Source of the DNA: Lama guanicoe
Taxonomy: Eukaryota
Direction of reading: 5' to 3'
Length of the DNA stretch: 64,000 bases
NCBI GenBank assembly: GCA_013239625.1
Contig: MU056000.1
Coordinates: 7,541,214-7,605,213, forward strand
The notes beneath the pieces are model-generated. The model ran no database searches and had not been told where the DNA came from. It worked only from the letters and a program-made list of their open reading frames with translations. Shown here piece after piece: positions 38,131 through 50,749 of the stretch. The position numbers and the translations under genes are program-made. Positions within the stretch are counted from its first letter, which is position 1; the number at the start of each line of letters is the position of its first letter.

Positions 38131-39489
38131 TCCACCAGCAGAAATAAAAATATATACTGAATATAATTTCCCATCTATATGTTTCATGTTGATAATCTAA
38201 ATTGTAATTCATGGAAAGTCAAGATCTCTGATAGCAAATATATGTCATTCACTTAGACTTCACCAATTTAAAATTTGTAAACATTTAGACTGGAACTCAA
38301 CTGATATTTCTCTTGTTTAGCAAACATTTTCTTCAAAGTTTATGTTGATATTTCAATACAGAAGGATAACTTTCAAATTCAAACGCAATCATCACTCTAG
38401 AAACCACATTTTTGCTCATAACTCATAGGGTGATTGCAAATGGGTCTCAGGAAGAAATAAAAGCAAGGTATCCCAGGAAATATTTTTTGCAATAATAAAC
38501 TTTTTTAGTAGGCCTGAATTGGCGATACTTTAATAGACAATTTCTTGTATAGATAATTCTACATTCTATCATTCCAAATGATCTGACCTAGATGTGGCTC
38601 TGCCCTAGGTGAATAAATCTAGCTTGTGTACAATCACAGAACACTTCTCTGCATGTAGAACTTTTCCCCAGTTACTCAAGAAGGGCACAAGTAATAAGGT
38701 AGTTCTGATCATGTTGAAATATTCATTGAGCAATTTGTGCCTGGAAGCCCTGGTGTAAACTGTAAAGTGCTCTATCAGGAGTAGTTACTAGTGATTGTTA
38801 CAGACAGGTCCTCTCCCCTCTGCATCATTCTTTCCTAAATGCTTCTTCTGCAGAGTTACAAAGATGGAGTTGGGTCATTTCTAACTAATCTCCCTAAACT
38901 TCCCTTCTTTTTGTCTTTCTTTATTATCCAGCCCCTTGACTTAATTTTTTTTGACTAAGCCAGACTCCCAATACTCCTACCGCCTCCTAAGGATAAAGCT
39001 TTTCTCCATCTGCTACACATGAGTTGGGAGACGTGCTTATTGGGGAAAGTACCTGGTGCCCTGGGATTATAGGAGAGGAGCATTAAAGCTGCTCTGGGGG
39101 AAAGCGGAGAGAACCGGGGGGAGGAAGGGCATCGGGGAAGGTATTTCCAGATGGCATGATCTTTAGACCAAGAACCTGAATGGTGGGTATGTGTGAGGTT
39201 GTGTGTTTGGAGCAGAAAGAGTTGTGCTTATGACACCTCAGAAGAGCCAGGCAGTGATTCTTCTCATTGGCTGCATGTCGGAATGCCCTGGTATAGCAGA
39301 TATCTGCAATGACAGTGATGCTGTGTAACAAGTAACCACATAACCACAGTGGTGCACAGCAATTAGTGATGGTTGCCTGTGCCCCTGAGGTGGTTGGAAA
39401 CAACTCTGCCAGGTATAATTTAGGAAAATTAATCACAGTCTTACAAACCCATGTCCACAGCAAAGGACTACGTGCCCTGCAGGAAGCAC

Positions 39490-39715
39490 AGCAGGGGAGA
39501 AGGCTGGCTTTGGAGTCACACGCTTGAGTGCAAAGCCTGACTCCCACATCCGGGATGCATGGTCCTGGGCAGGCTATTTACGTACCTTATCTGTGAAATG
39601 GGAATAGAAATAACAGCCACCTTGGAGAATTGTTCTGAAGGTTAACTCGAGATAATACATGAGAAAGCTGGGCACACAGCCTGGGCCACAGTTAGCACTC
39701 AGTAAGTGGTGGTCT
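39490..39715 (+). mobile_element. MIR SINE
   Basis: ggctttggagtcacacgcttgagtgcaaagcctgactcc...cttatctgtgaaatggg...gcactcagtaagtggt. Confidence 0.8.
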
Positions 39716-40405
39716 GAGGCTATGCCAAGTTGGAGAGTGAAACTATTCATTGCTCTTTATTAAGCTTTTCTCTGTAAGTTCTTTAGAGAATTGGTCATTG
39801 AGAACAGTATCAATAACATCATAAAGAGCATTAAAATTCACAAACTGCCTTCACATACCTTCTTTGATCAACATAATAATCTGGGTGGTAAATAAGGATG
39901 AGAAAATTGAGGTTCAGAAATGTTAAAAGTTTCATGCAAAGTTATTCAGCTAATATAGCTCACAGATGGAATCCATCTCCTGGCTGGGTTGTAATCATAT
40001 GCCAGATGTTCAAATAGCTAAGTTTAGAGAGTGAAACTCCAGAAATGCACATGCTAACTTTCCCTTCAAAATCCCCCACAAAAAAGTGTGGGGTGCAGAA
40101 TGAGACAAGCTGGGTTCACGTCCCGACTGCCCCGAAGGACGTCGGAAGCTCGGAGGAGGTAATGTAGGGGGAATGACTTTCTGTATTGCAATGTACCACA
40201 TCATTCATTGTGAAAATGTGGTCCAACTGTGTTTGTTCTAGTCTTAGCCGACCGACATGACATGACTTACATCACAACTTTTAACTTCTTAAAGGTTTGC
40301 AAAGAAAATTTGAAGTTTCATATATAAAGAAAGATAGACTTAAGAAAAAAACCTATTATTTTATTATATTTTATCCATTACTTTGACTTCTTAAATGTGA
40401 TTAGT

Positions 40406-40702
40406 CTTTTTTTATTGCTGTATATTTGATTTACAATGTTGTGTTAGTTTCTCGAGAACAGCAAAGTGATTTAGTTATACACGTATATATTCTCCTTCAT
40501 ATTCTTTTTCATGATGGTTTATTATAATATACGGAATTTTGTTCCCTGTGCTGTACAGTAGGACCCTGCTGTCTGTCTATTCTGTATGTGGTACTTTGTA
40601 TCTGCTGACCTCAAGCTCCCGATTTATCCCTACTCCCACCTCCCACTTCCCCTTTGGAAACCGCAAGGTTGTTTTCTACATCTGTGAGTTTCTTCCTGTT
40701 TT
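40406..40702 (-). mobile_element. L1 3' end (cetartiodactyl type)
   Basis: T-run followed by ttgatttacaatgttgtgttagtttc...cagcaaagtgatttagttatac...ttccctgtgctgtacagtaggacc. Confidence 0.85.
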
Positions 40703-41408
40703 GAAAGGAGCTCGCAGATATAGAAAGGTAGACGTTTTTAATGACATAAGTCAACAAACGTTTGGAAGGAGCCATTTTTCTGGCTCAAGGTATCCTTGCT
40801 GAACTATGACAAGTGCTTGCCGCAGTAATTGGGCTTCGTGCCGCTTCAGGTTGGGGTCAGGGTGGAGCCAATTAAAGACTCACATTTTATTAGAAGACTT
40901 CCTTTCTTTCTCAAATTATTGAGAGAGAGAGAGAGTGTACAAGACAGTGAGAGGCCATGCGTCCCTTCCACATTCTGAATTCTAACCTTCCTGCCAGTGG
41001 AAGCCCCAGTCCTCCCTCTCTGTCTCACCGCCTCTATTCACCGTAGGCGGCAGGGGTCTTTTCTTCTTACCAACGCCTGTCATTTCCTAGCGGAGCGGCA
41101 CCTGTGACACTTCGGTGCTAGCACCAGGCAATGAGCAGGCGCTGTATTTTTAGGTAACAGTTACAGTAGTATATTGAGCACTTACTTTATGCCAAGTATT
41201 GTCCTAAGCATCTTACTCAAAAAAGCTCATTTAACCTTAAAACGCTCCATTAACTAGGCAAGAATTTGAAAATATAAATGGAAATGTTTTCACTTCCTAA
41301 CACTATTTTAAAGGGCTTTGAGCCTTACTGTGTTCTTTTGGGGTGGTGAGTGGAGGAGTGATGAGTTGAACCTTGGATGTGTAGGCGTAGGGTAAATGTT
41401 TAAAAAAA

Positions 41409-41540
41409 TTTTTTTTTCTTTTTTGTGGAGGGAGGTAATTAGATTTATTTATTTATTTTTAATGGAGGTACTGGGGATTGACCCCAGGACCTCATGCTTG
41501 CTAAGCATAGCACTCTGCCACTGAACTACACCTTCCCCGC
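41409..41540 (-). mobile_element. Camelid tRNA-derived SINE (Vic-1-like)
   Basis: gggaggtaattagattt...aatggaggtactggggattgaccccaggacctcatgcttgctaagc. Confidence 0.9.
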
Positions 41541-42551
41541 TGAGGGTAAGTATTAAGTGATAAATTTACCAAAGAAAGAAAACGTTTCCCATCTTCACCA
41601 TCCCATTTCATTCACAACATTTTATTATAAAATTTTTCAAATATACAGAAAGTGAGAAGAATGGGGAGAATAGCACAATAGGATCTAAACTTTAAGCTCA
41701 ACAATTGCAAATATTATATATGTATATATGTGTGTGTGTATACAGATGGTGTTTACTGAATCATTTGAAAGTTAGTTGCCAATATCTTGACATTTCATCC
41801 CTAAGTACTACAGCACGCATCTCCTTAAAATGAGGGTAATCACTTACGTAACCACAGTACTGCTATCATAGACAAGAAAATTAACAATCACGTTGAATAT
41901 GGCTTGTCTTTCTCTATTTGACCAACAAAAAGACAACAGAGAAAAACATTCTGAATTTGAATTCTAACAATCTAGTATTCTAGATGATCTGCAAATATTA
42001 TAGTCTTTCTTCTTCCTTGGAAAGCATTTGATGCTTTGATGGGGAGAAAGACCATTTGTTAATACTTTGAAAATTGGAATTCACTCTTTTAATAAGGCAA
42101 ATATGGACATGCCCATGGTGTGATTCGGAAAATTAAGACTGAAAGTTATAAATAAATAGTTTTGTGTCTATAGATTAGAACCCTGGTCCCCACCGTCCCC
42201 CCCACCTCCACACAGCCCAAGTAAACTTAGGGCCAATCAACGATTCCCAAATGCAGCCTTTAACCAAGGGATTTACCAGTTTAATGAACAAGAAATCATA
42301 CACAAGTCCAAAATGTAACAGTTAATAGACGGGACTTCAACATCCATTTTTGGACTGTTCACCAGCTAAGGATCCAATTATAGCGGTGAGCTAGTGACAG
42401 ATTATGGCTTTCTTTTTCCATTTATGAAATAAATCACTATTTTTGCTGACCACAGAAAAGTGTAACTTTAAGAATCTTGAAAAAAATAACTTGTAAACAT
42501 TGCTTCATATTTATTTCCTCCAAGCCAATGAGCACTGCAAGTCTTCTCCTG

Positions 42552-42715
42552 TTTTTTTTTTTAAATTTAATTTTACTTTCTTATTTGTAAGGGGAGATCA
42601 TTAGGGCTATTTATTTATTCACAATTAGTTTTTTTTTTGATGGCGGTTCTGGGGTTTGAACCCAGGACCCAGTGCATGCTAAGCAGGTGCTCTACCACTG
42701 AGCTATACCCTCCCC
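42552..42715 (-). mobile_element. Camelid tRNA-derived SINE (Vic-1-like)
   Basis: ctggggtttgaacccaggacc...gcatgctaagcaggtgctctaccactgagctataccctcccc. Confidence 0.9.
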
Positions 42716-43185
42716 AGTGAGACTTCTTTTGTTGATACAGTTTTCTAATATGCTAGAATTTCCTCCAAGTATTTGATTATATTTAAGTTGCCTGACAATT
42801 TTTCTTGAACAACAGGAGATTTCTTTTTTTTTATTTTGATAATAATGATTAATATTAGCTTATCTCTGACAGAGGTAATGTTTGCTTCTTTGTTGCTCAG
42901 GTATGGAACTGTATTTGGCCATTCCTAGTTATTATGGGTAGAGGAAAATGTTATGTAATATCTTATACAAGAATATATAAGTAAGCAAGAAATATTTAAT
43001 AATTATATTGTGTTAATATTGGAGAATGTATGAGTTTTTGCTGATGGAGAGATGGGTAGTAATGACAGCAGAAGTGTTCCAAAAGAAAACAACAGTCTTT
43101 GCTAAGATGCTTCCATAAGATGTGAAAGTTAGAAAGTAGCAACTAGATTTTAAGTGCTCTTAAAATATCTGATACAAAACCAGGC

Positions 43186-43638
43186 TGCTATGGGGTGAAC
43201 TGCGCTCCCTTCCCGGCCAAAATGACATGTTGAAGTTCTAAGCCCAGTATCTGAGAATGTGGTCTTTTTTTTAGAAATAGGGTCTTTACAGAGGTAATTA
43301 AGTGAAAATGAGGTCACTAGGATGGATGCTAATAAATTATAGCCAGTGTCCTTATAAAAAGAGACACACACACACACAGGGAGAACGTCATGCAAAGATG
43401 AAGGCAGAGATCAAGATGATGCTTCTACAAGCCAAGGGACAGCAAAGATTGACAGCAAGTCACCAGATGCCAAGAGGGAGACCTGGACCAGGTTCTCCCT
43501 CACAGCCTCAGAAGCAACCAACTCTACTGGCACCTTGATCTCAGACTTCCAGTCTCTGGAGCTGTGAGACAGTAAGTCTGTTGTTTAAGTCGCCCAGACT
43601 GTGGTACTGGGTTACTGCAGCCCTAGGAGACCCATACC
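43186..43638 (+). mobile_element. MaLR solo LTR (MLT1C-like)
   Basis: tgctatggggtgaactg...ctacaagccaagggac...gatctcagacttccag, with perfect TSD CAGGC (43181-43185, 43639-43643). Confidence 0.9.
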
Positions 43639-43654
43639 CAGGCCAAGTTTGGAC

Positions 43655-44199
43655 TGTGAGGTGTGATGGACATTTATTGTTTTTGCCCCCAGCATTCTCT
43701 CCTTGCCCTGTGGGAACCTTTGTCCCGATTCTCTGATGCTGCATTTCTGAGGCCATCTTATTCCATGTGTAAGCCAATCAGCACATTTCATTCTTCTGAA
43801 CAGAGTGATTGGCTTCCTGATGGTCACATGGCACCAATCCCACCCATCGTGGCTAAGGGTATTCAATTCCCAGGTTTTTGCTGTTATCAGGGAAGTAGAC
43901 TTGCTTTTCCTGTTGGCAGAATGTGTGGAAGGATGACGCGGCTGAAACTGGCAGGTATCTTGCGAACACACAGGGTCTGAGCATGGACCCAATATCAAGG
44001 AAGCAGCACCAAGAAATCCAGAGATAGCACTTTATCCCGGTGAAATTACTTGATTTGAGCCTGGATCAAACTATACCTGAGGCAAGAGCTCCCTCTGGAT
44101 TCTTCAGTCTTGTGAGCAAATAAATTCCTTTTCCTTTTCTTAAGCTGATTTGAGTTAAGGTTTTTGTCACTTGCAGCAGAAAGAATCATAACTAATACA
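43655..44199 (+). mobile_element. Ancient MaLR LTR (MLT1K-like)
   Basis: Ends gtgagcaaataaattcc...tttttgtcacttgcagcagaaagaatcataactaataca. Confidence 0.75.
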
Positions 44200-45796
44200 G
44201 TGATGGAAAGTTGGGTTTGAGGAAAGGTGTCAGGTGATCTATAAGATGAAGAGGCTGAGTTACAAACAGAGACAGGTTCTAAAACTCCAGCAGGTACGCT
44301 TTCTCCTTTCTTTGAAATCGTAAAACACTTTGCTTGCACAATTGATATGACATATATCACATGTTGCCTTGAATTGCAATTACACTTCTTGTATGGTGGG
44401 TTCAAATTTCATAACCATAAAACTCCCGTGTGCAGACGTGAAACTTTCTTTATCGTTTTATAATTGAGCTTAATTTACTCAAAAGCCTTCATTTCTGCTC
44501 ATGGCAGAGAACTTAATCTTGCCGATTCCAGGCAATTCTGTCAGTTCTACTTGAAAATTCAGTATCTTTTAAGGGGAAATACATGGTTAATTCAGGCTTT
44601 CTAATCCCTTTACCCCTCTCCTTTCCCTGGGGGGGGGTATCTATGTTCCAGTAAGCGTGGCCAGGACCTCTGTGACTGACCCAGTGAGCTGGGCTGTCAA
44701 CACTGCTGGTGCTGTTGTCACCCAGGTCTTAGCTCAGCTTCTGGAAGCTCAGCCTGGCCCTGCATCTAGTCCCCAGCTCGGCGGCCACGGGGTCCCGTAT
44801 GGCAGGGCACAGTCTTCTCCCCACCACGCATCCTGCCTCTCAATTCTTTGCTCTTCTCGGCTCCCTAGGCCAACTTTGGGGGCTCCCTTTTCTGCGCTCC
44901 CAGGACCAGCCCATGTGGCTCAGGACACTTGAGGAGTCAGCTCCCCACTAGATGTTCAGACAAGTCTGCCCTGCTCTGGGGCTGGGACCCTATAGGGGAG
45001 GACGGAGCTTGGTTCAAGAGGGGCCTCAGAGCCACGCCCTCCCCTCCCAGGCTTGCTGTCCCCTCCGGAGCTCCGCGGCCCCTGCCCAGGAAAGGCTGTC
45101 TATCCGCTCCTATTCTGGGGACAAGCTCTCTGCTCTGAGTCCCCCCAGGCTGGGCTCTGGATGTTCCTCGGAACAATAACGAAAGCTTTTCCTCCCTCAC
45201 CTGTCTGGATCTTACAAAGGACACGCGGGGTTTCCAAGACCACGCCTCTGCCCTGGATTCTCAGGGGTTCGCCCCGGAGCTTCCCAAGGCAGAGTCTGGT
45301 GACTTGGAAGGGCTACCGTTTTGGGGCTAGCTCTGCCCTGCAGCCTCACAGCCTGGTGTCGGTGGAGGAAGGCTTGCAGGGCCCAAAGAAAACGAAGAGG
45401 CAGAACTCCTGGAAAGGAAAAACGCCTGGGAACTATTTCACAGCGGGATCTGGCGCCGCGAGCATCATGGCTGTTCCTCCAGGCACAAAAGGTGCCCGGA
45501 CTGGCTCCCCCTGTGGGACAGTCATTGGTTGCCGCCCTTGCTGGCACTTTGACACTCTTTCAAGGGCCAAACTCCACCCACTCGACTGAGAAACAGACCA
45601 GCAGAAGGAACTTTCCGGGCTGCTTGAATGTTCTTTTTCTTTAGGTCAATTGGCCCATAGTGATGACTGATCTTTCCGTCTTCCAAAGTTGGCTTTAGCA
45701 CTGTTGGCAACTTCCTGCTCAAGGGAGGGACACTGAATTCCCTGGAGGTTGGCTGGGGGCGTGGTGGCCCCTGCAATATGCTAGCTCAACCTCAGG

Positions 45797-46252
45797 GTTG
45801 TGAGCTGAATTCTGTTCCCCTCAAAAGCTATGTTGAAGTCCTAGCCTTTGACACCTGTGAAAACGACCTTGTTTGGAAATAAAGTCCTTGCAGATGTAAG
45901 TAATCAAGGATGGAGATGAATGATATCAGATTAGGGTGCCCCACCCCCACATTCAGTGACTGGTGTCCTTATAGGAAGAGAAGAGGACACAGGCACACAG
46001 GGAGAAGGACATGCGTTGATGGTGGCTGAGACTAGAGTGATAGGTCTCCTAACCAGGGAGCACCGAGGGCTGCTGGGTCCAGAACCTAGGAAGAGGCGAG
46101 GAAGGATTCGTCCCGAGAGCCTTGGGTGGGAGAACGGCCCTGCCAACACCTTGATCTGGAGCTTCTAGCTTCCAGACTCGGGAGAAAGTTTCTGTTGTTG
46201 AAAACACCCAATGTTTGCTCCTTTGTTACAGCAGCCCTGGAAAAGGAGTCCA
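45797..46252 (+). mobile_element. MaLR LTR (MLT1C-like)
   Basis: gctgaattctgttcccctcaaaagctatgttgaagtccta...ccctgccaacaccttgatctgg...ttgttacagcagccctgg. Confidence 0.85.
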
Positions 46253-46349
46253 CCCAGGACCCACTGCCGTCACCTCGGGCCTGGGGCCAGACATCCTGAA
46301 GGCTTGTGACATTCAGGGAACTGAGGGGGCTAGAGAGAAGTGACCCGTC

Positions 46350-46757
46350 CTAGGTCCCCTTTGCCACACTGGTTCCCCTGCTGCTCTGAGTCTGGGCTGC
46401 CAGTGGCTCAGAACTGCTCTCTTCTCTGAGAATTGTCCCCCTGCCCAGGGAACAGAAGCTGCTGCACGCCAGGAGGCCTGGCCACATCCCTGGTGGGGAG
46501 GGCAGCCCACAGCCGCCCGACGACATGCGGACAAAAGCGGCTCTCCCGGCGTCGGGCGGGCCCGGCTCTGGGCATTATTTGTGCTCCCAGTTCTCGGTGG
46601 GGTCAGGATGAAGGCTCTGCCGGAGACCACGCCCCTGTTTGCTTCTCTCCCTGGTCCTCCTCCTCTCATCCTTTCTGCAAAGTGTTGCGCCCCTTCCTCC
46701 AGGTGCCGTTCTCTGCCTGTTTCAGGCTCGGCTTCCAGGGAGGCTGATCTGAGGCAC
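46350..46757 (+). mobile_element. ERVL-type LTR remnant (LTR16-like)
   Basis: Ends ctgtttcaggctcggcttccagggaggctgatctgaggca, the mirror of the terminus at 20966. Confidence 0.5.
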
Positions 46758-46849
46758 TTGGATCCTGACTCCTGCGGGGCGGAGACTTCCTTCTCTGGAG
46801 GCCCATCCCGGGCTGGACAAGGCACAGACTGGGGCAGGGTCTCACACGC

Positions 46850-47012
46850 TGGCTCTAGGGACCAGCTCAAGAGCTCATTTAAACACAGCATCCTGGGCCT
46901 AACTCCAGAGATTCTGACAGTATGTCTGGGGTGGAGCCTGAGAACCGGCATTTCTAACAGGCTCCCAGGTGCTTGCATTTCTTGCTGGTCAGGGACCACA
47001 CGCTGAGACTCG
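46850..47012 (-). mobile_element. MER5A MITE
   Basis: cagagattctgacagtatgtctggggtggagcctgagaaccggcatttctaacaggctcccagg...gggaccacac. Confidence 0.8.
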
Positions 47013-47889
47013 CGGGCCTAGGATCGCATCACATTTGGTCGAGACTGATGGCTTGAGAGGGCGAGCGTGCTAGGAGAGGTTTGCAGAAATTAATTTGCAC
47101 GTGGGATTTTTGAGCCTCGGCAAAGAATGGAAAAAGGTTGTGTGATGGGTTGAGGGCTGAAGAAGCCAATCGAGAGTGTTCCTGAGGGCTGGTCAGCCCC
47201 TCTGTCTGGGCGTTGGCTCACAGGAGTGAACAGCTGTGGGCAGAAGCCCTGGGACTGTCGACCTGGAGGTCTTATGGGACAGAGGGCTCCCCAAAGCCAT
47301 TCTCTTGGGCAGAAGAGACAAAGCTTGGCTCAGAAAAGAGGGGGTCATTCTCTTGTGTGCGCATATGTCTGAGTGTGCACCTACGTGTGTGTGCGCGCAC
47401 GTGTGTGTGATACACACGCCGTCACGGCTTGTGGAGTGCTTCTGCTTTGCCTGAGCGAGGCAGAGCCAGCAGCCAGCAGCCAGCAGCGGCTCCCAACACA
47501 AAGGCCCAGGCCGCCCCACCCGACACACACACAGAGCATCATTTCTATTTGAATTCTTCCTTCTTCTGTGCAGCAATCTGCTTCTGTAGGAGAGCCCTCC
47601 CCCCCCCGTTTGGGGTTCTGGGCAACTGGGGGGTTGCTGCTTCCAACCTCGCTCTCCCGCCCAGCAGAGCCAGGGTTTCATCCGGCTCTGCCTCTTCCGT
47701 GTCGGTTACATGGAGGGAAGTTTTGTGTCTCCTCCGCTTTCGTGTTCTTCTCGCCTCTGTGATCATTTGTTTCTGTGGCTCCAGAGATTCCACTTCGCCA
47801 ACGGGGGATCTGAATTCCGCTGATTCTTTGTTCGCAGACAAACCTGGGCCCAGAGCAGCCACCCCTCTGCAGCCTACACGTTGTTTGCG

Positions 47890-47916
47890 CAGCGCCATCT
47901 GCCGGCAGGTGGCAGG
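47890..47916. promoter_or_regulatory. Candidate CTCF site(s) in a CpG-enriched patch
   Basis: The minus strand reads GCCGGCAGATGGCGCTG and the plus strand reads GCCGGCAGGTGGCAG. Both fit the CTCF core CCRSYAGRKGGCRS. Motif match only. Confidence 0.55.
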
Positions 47917-48599
47917 GTGGCCATCCTTCCCGTTTCATAACAGATTTGAGGAGCGCGGCAAGCGCTGACCCCTCCCGTGCGCCGTCCCCTCTCACAGTCA
48001 CACAGAGAGGCTTTCGGTTCCGGGGTTGAGTTCATCACATCCCTATTTCCGGCGAGTTCTCATCACTGTCTGAGCTGTTCCTTTTCCACCAGCCCCCTCT
48101 CCCCTTTGCTACCTCCAGAGGTGTTTACCTCTGCACTAGATGCCGAAGTGCCCCACCTGGACCCCTTCCCAGGTGGTGTGCCTGACCCCCACTGCTGCGT
48201 GCTGGCTGCTGACAGCCCCAGCTGCCCTGTCTCCGGATGGTGACACTCGCTTTTACAGCAGGAAGCCTTCTGGATGGGAATTCACACGCCCCCAGGGTGG
48301 AGGGACCCCAGCCCAAGACTGTCTGCTAGAGGGTACAGAAGGCCAGCCGCTTGCCCCAAGCTGGGGTCCACGCTGGGATGTGCCTCATACCCCACAGCTC
48401 CAGGGCGTTTTTCTAGACTTTCTTTAAGCCCATTCACTCCCTGGCGGAGCTTCTTTCCCTTGCTTTTGTGTGTGTGTGTGTGTGACTTGCTTTATTGCAG
48501 CACCAGCTTTATTGCTCTGGTCTGGAACCAAACTTGCACTGTCTGTGAGGTGTGCTGTACTCTGCTTATTAGCCTTCCTTTGGGAACCAGATAGTTTTA

Positions 48600-50435
48600 T
48601 TATTGTTGTTTTTTTTTTAAATTGAAGTATAGTTGATTTACAATATTATATTAGTCTCAAGTGTACAGCATAGTGATTCAGTATTTTTACAGTTTATACT
48701 CCATTAAAGTTATTATAAGATAATGACTATAATTCCCTTTGCTAGACAATATATCCTTTTTGCTTATCTATTTTGTACATAGTAGTTTGTATTTCTTGAT
48801 CCCATACCCCTAAAATGTCCCTCCCAACTTCCCTCTCATCACTTGTAATCACTGGCTTATTTTCGTTATCTATGAGTCTGTTTCTGTTTTGCTGTATACA
48901 TTCATTTTTTTAGATTCCACACATAAGCGATAACATACAATATTTGTTTTTCTGTCTGACTTCTTACTTCATTAAGTATACTATTCTCTAGGTCCATCCA
49001 TATCATCACAAATAGAAGAATTTCATTCTTTTTTATGGCTGAGTAATTTCATTGTATGTGTACACACACACACACACACACACACACCCACACCCCCCAC
49101 ATCTTCTTTATCCAGTCATCTGCTAATGGATACTTCAGTTGCTTCCATATTTTGGCTATTGAAAATAGTGCTGCAAAGGAAAATATAAACAAAACAAAAA
49201 GACAACCTACAGAATGGGAGAAAATATTTGCACATGATGTGACTGCAAAGGGCTTAAGTTCCAGAGTACTGAATTACTTTGCTGTATGCCAGAAACTAAC
49301 ATAACATTGTAAACCAACTATACTTCGATTAAGAAGTAAATAAATAAAAAATAAAGTAATCTGCAATCAGTGACACCTTTACTTTTTCCTTTCTGGTTTG
49401 GATTCCTTTTATTTCTTTTTCTTGTCTGATTGCTGTGGCAAGGACTTTCAATACTGTGTTAAATAGAAGTGGCAAGGGTTGGGCCTGAGATGGCCCTGTC
49501 TCCTTTAAGCATTTGTTTTTCCCTTTCTCCACACTGTGACACTTGCCCCAGAAGTGGGGAGTGCTGAAGCAAGTGAGGCCCACGTGGGCTCTTGGCTCCT
49601 ATCAGCCATGGAGGTCCAGTGCATTGCCTGTGCAGGCATCCACAGCTCTGTTCAGACACAGCCTTGGGTGCAAGTCCCCTTCGTTCCTCACAGCCAATCA
49701 GCCTCCAGCCTCTGCCACCCCCATCCTGTTGTGGAATCATTCTGCAGGACAGGTGGAGCCGATGTGGCCTTTCAGCATATATCATGGGGCTGAGCTCTGG
49801 TGGAGCAGACACCGTCAGAGATCTGGGTGGCTTTTGAGGTGCTGCTTAAGTAAGTAGCCAACACCATCCTATACAAGCTCTGCTGTGGGACTGGGTCACT
49901 TCTGCATCCCATAGTCAGGTCTTTTCCCAGATTCAGTGCTGCAGCATGATGTGGAATGAGCGGGGCTGGAACATTCTCTCGCCAGGGCTGGGTGCCTGGG
50001 GAGGTGGTTGCAGGAAACCTGGCAGCCACTAGAGCAGACCTTTCTGCCCTTTCTTGCCCTGCCTTGGGGGCAAGTCTTTTTTGTGAGCAGAGTCCAGGTT
50101 TCCCAGAGCCATTATGTTAGTCCCAGCAGTGCTCCAACCAACCAAGAGTGTTTGTCCAATCTGTGGCTCGAACTGCTCACTCCCCAGGTTGGATCTCCAC
50201 TCCAGGGTAATCTCCCTTTTCTTCTGCATCCCCTCCCAGGGGCACAGATCCCAATCTAATTGCTTTTCCTCTTTCCATACTTGATTTTGTGTGTATCTTG
50301 CTTGCAGCCTTGTTGTACAGAAGTCTCATGTCAGTCACCAGTTTGATTCATTGAATTGTTCCACACATGGATGTATTTTGATGTGTTTGTGGGTGGAATC
50401 AAAAATGCCTCATCCTCTTACTCTTCTTTATCTGA
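48600..50435 (-). mobile_element. Rearranged L1 mosaic (3' end, ORF2 pieces, 5' UTR)
   Basis: Antisense 3' end at 48600-49176, sense ORF2 piece at about 49177-49268, sense 3' tip with A-rich tail at about 49269-49356, antisense ORF2 at about 49358-49476, and an antisense 5'-UTR-like end (gaattgttccacacatggatgtattttgatgtgtttgtggg...tcctcttactc) reaching about 50435. Confidence 0.75.
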
Positions 50436-50506
50436 ATCTCTGCCCTCTTCTGCTTTCTCACCCTCCTTCTCCTGAAAGCCCCTCCTCAAAGCAACAAAGA
50501 CATCTG

Positions 50507-50617
50507 TTTTTAGTTTTGTTTTTCTTTGTTTTTTTTTAATAGAGGTAGTGAGGATTGAACCCAGGATCTTGTGCATGCTAAGCACGTGCTCTACCACTGA
50601 GCTATTCCCACCACCCA
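50507..50617 (-). mobile_element. Camelid tRNA-derived SINE (Vic-1-like, short-tail form)
   Basis: gaggattgaacccaggatcttgtgcatgctaagcacgtgctctaccactgagcta. Confidence 0.9.
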
Positions 50618-50706
50618 CCAAGCACCATAGATGTTGGGCTCTTGTCTCGGGCTCTGCTTCTAGTGGCCCGGATTTAGATGGTGTCTGCACAGAATGTGTG
50701 GTGTTG

Positions 50707-50707
<1 letters not shown>

Positions 50708-50747
<40 letters not shown>
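50708..50747. repeat. (TG)n microsatellite
   Basis: Pure TG run. Confidence 0.95.

Positions 50748-50749
<2 letters not shown>

Noticed and set aside
46313..46999. 228-aa ORF, the longest in the track
   Set aside because: It is made almost entirely of MER5A and LTR-remnant sequence.
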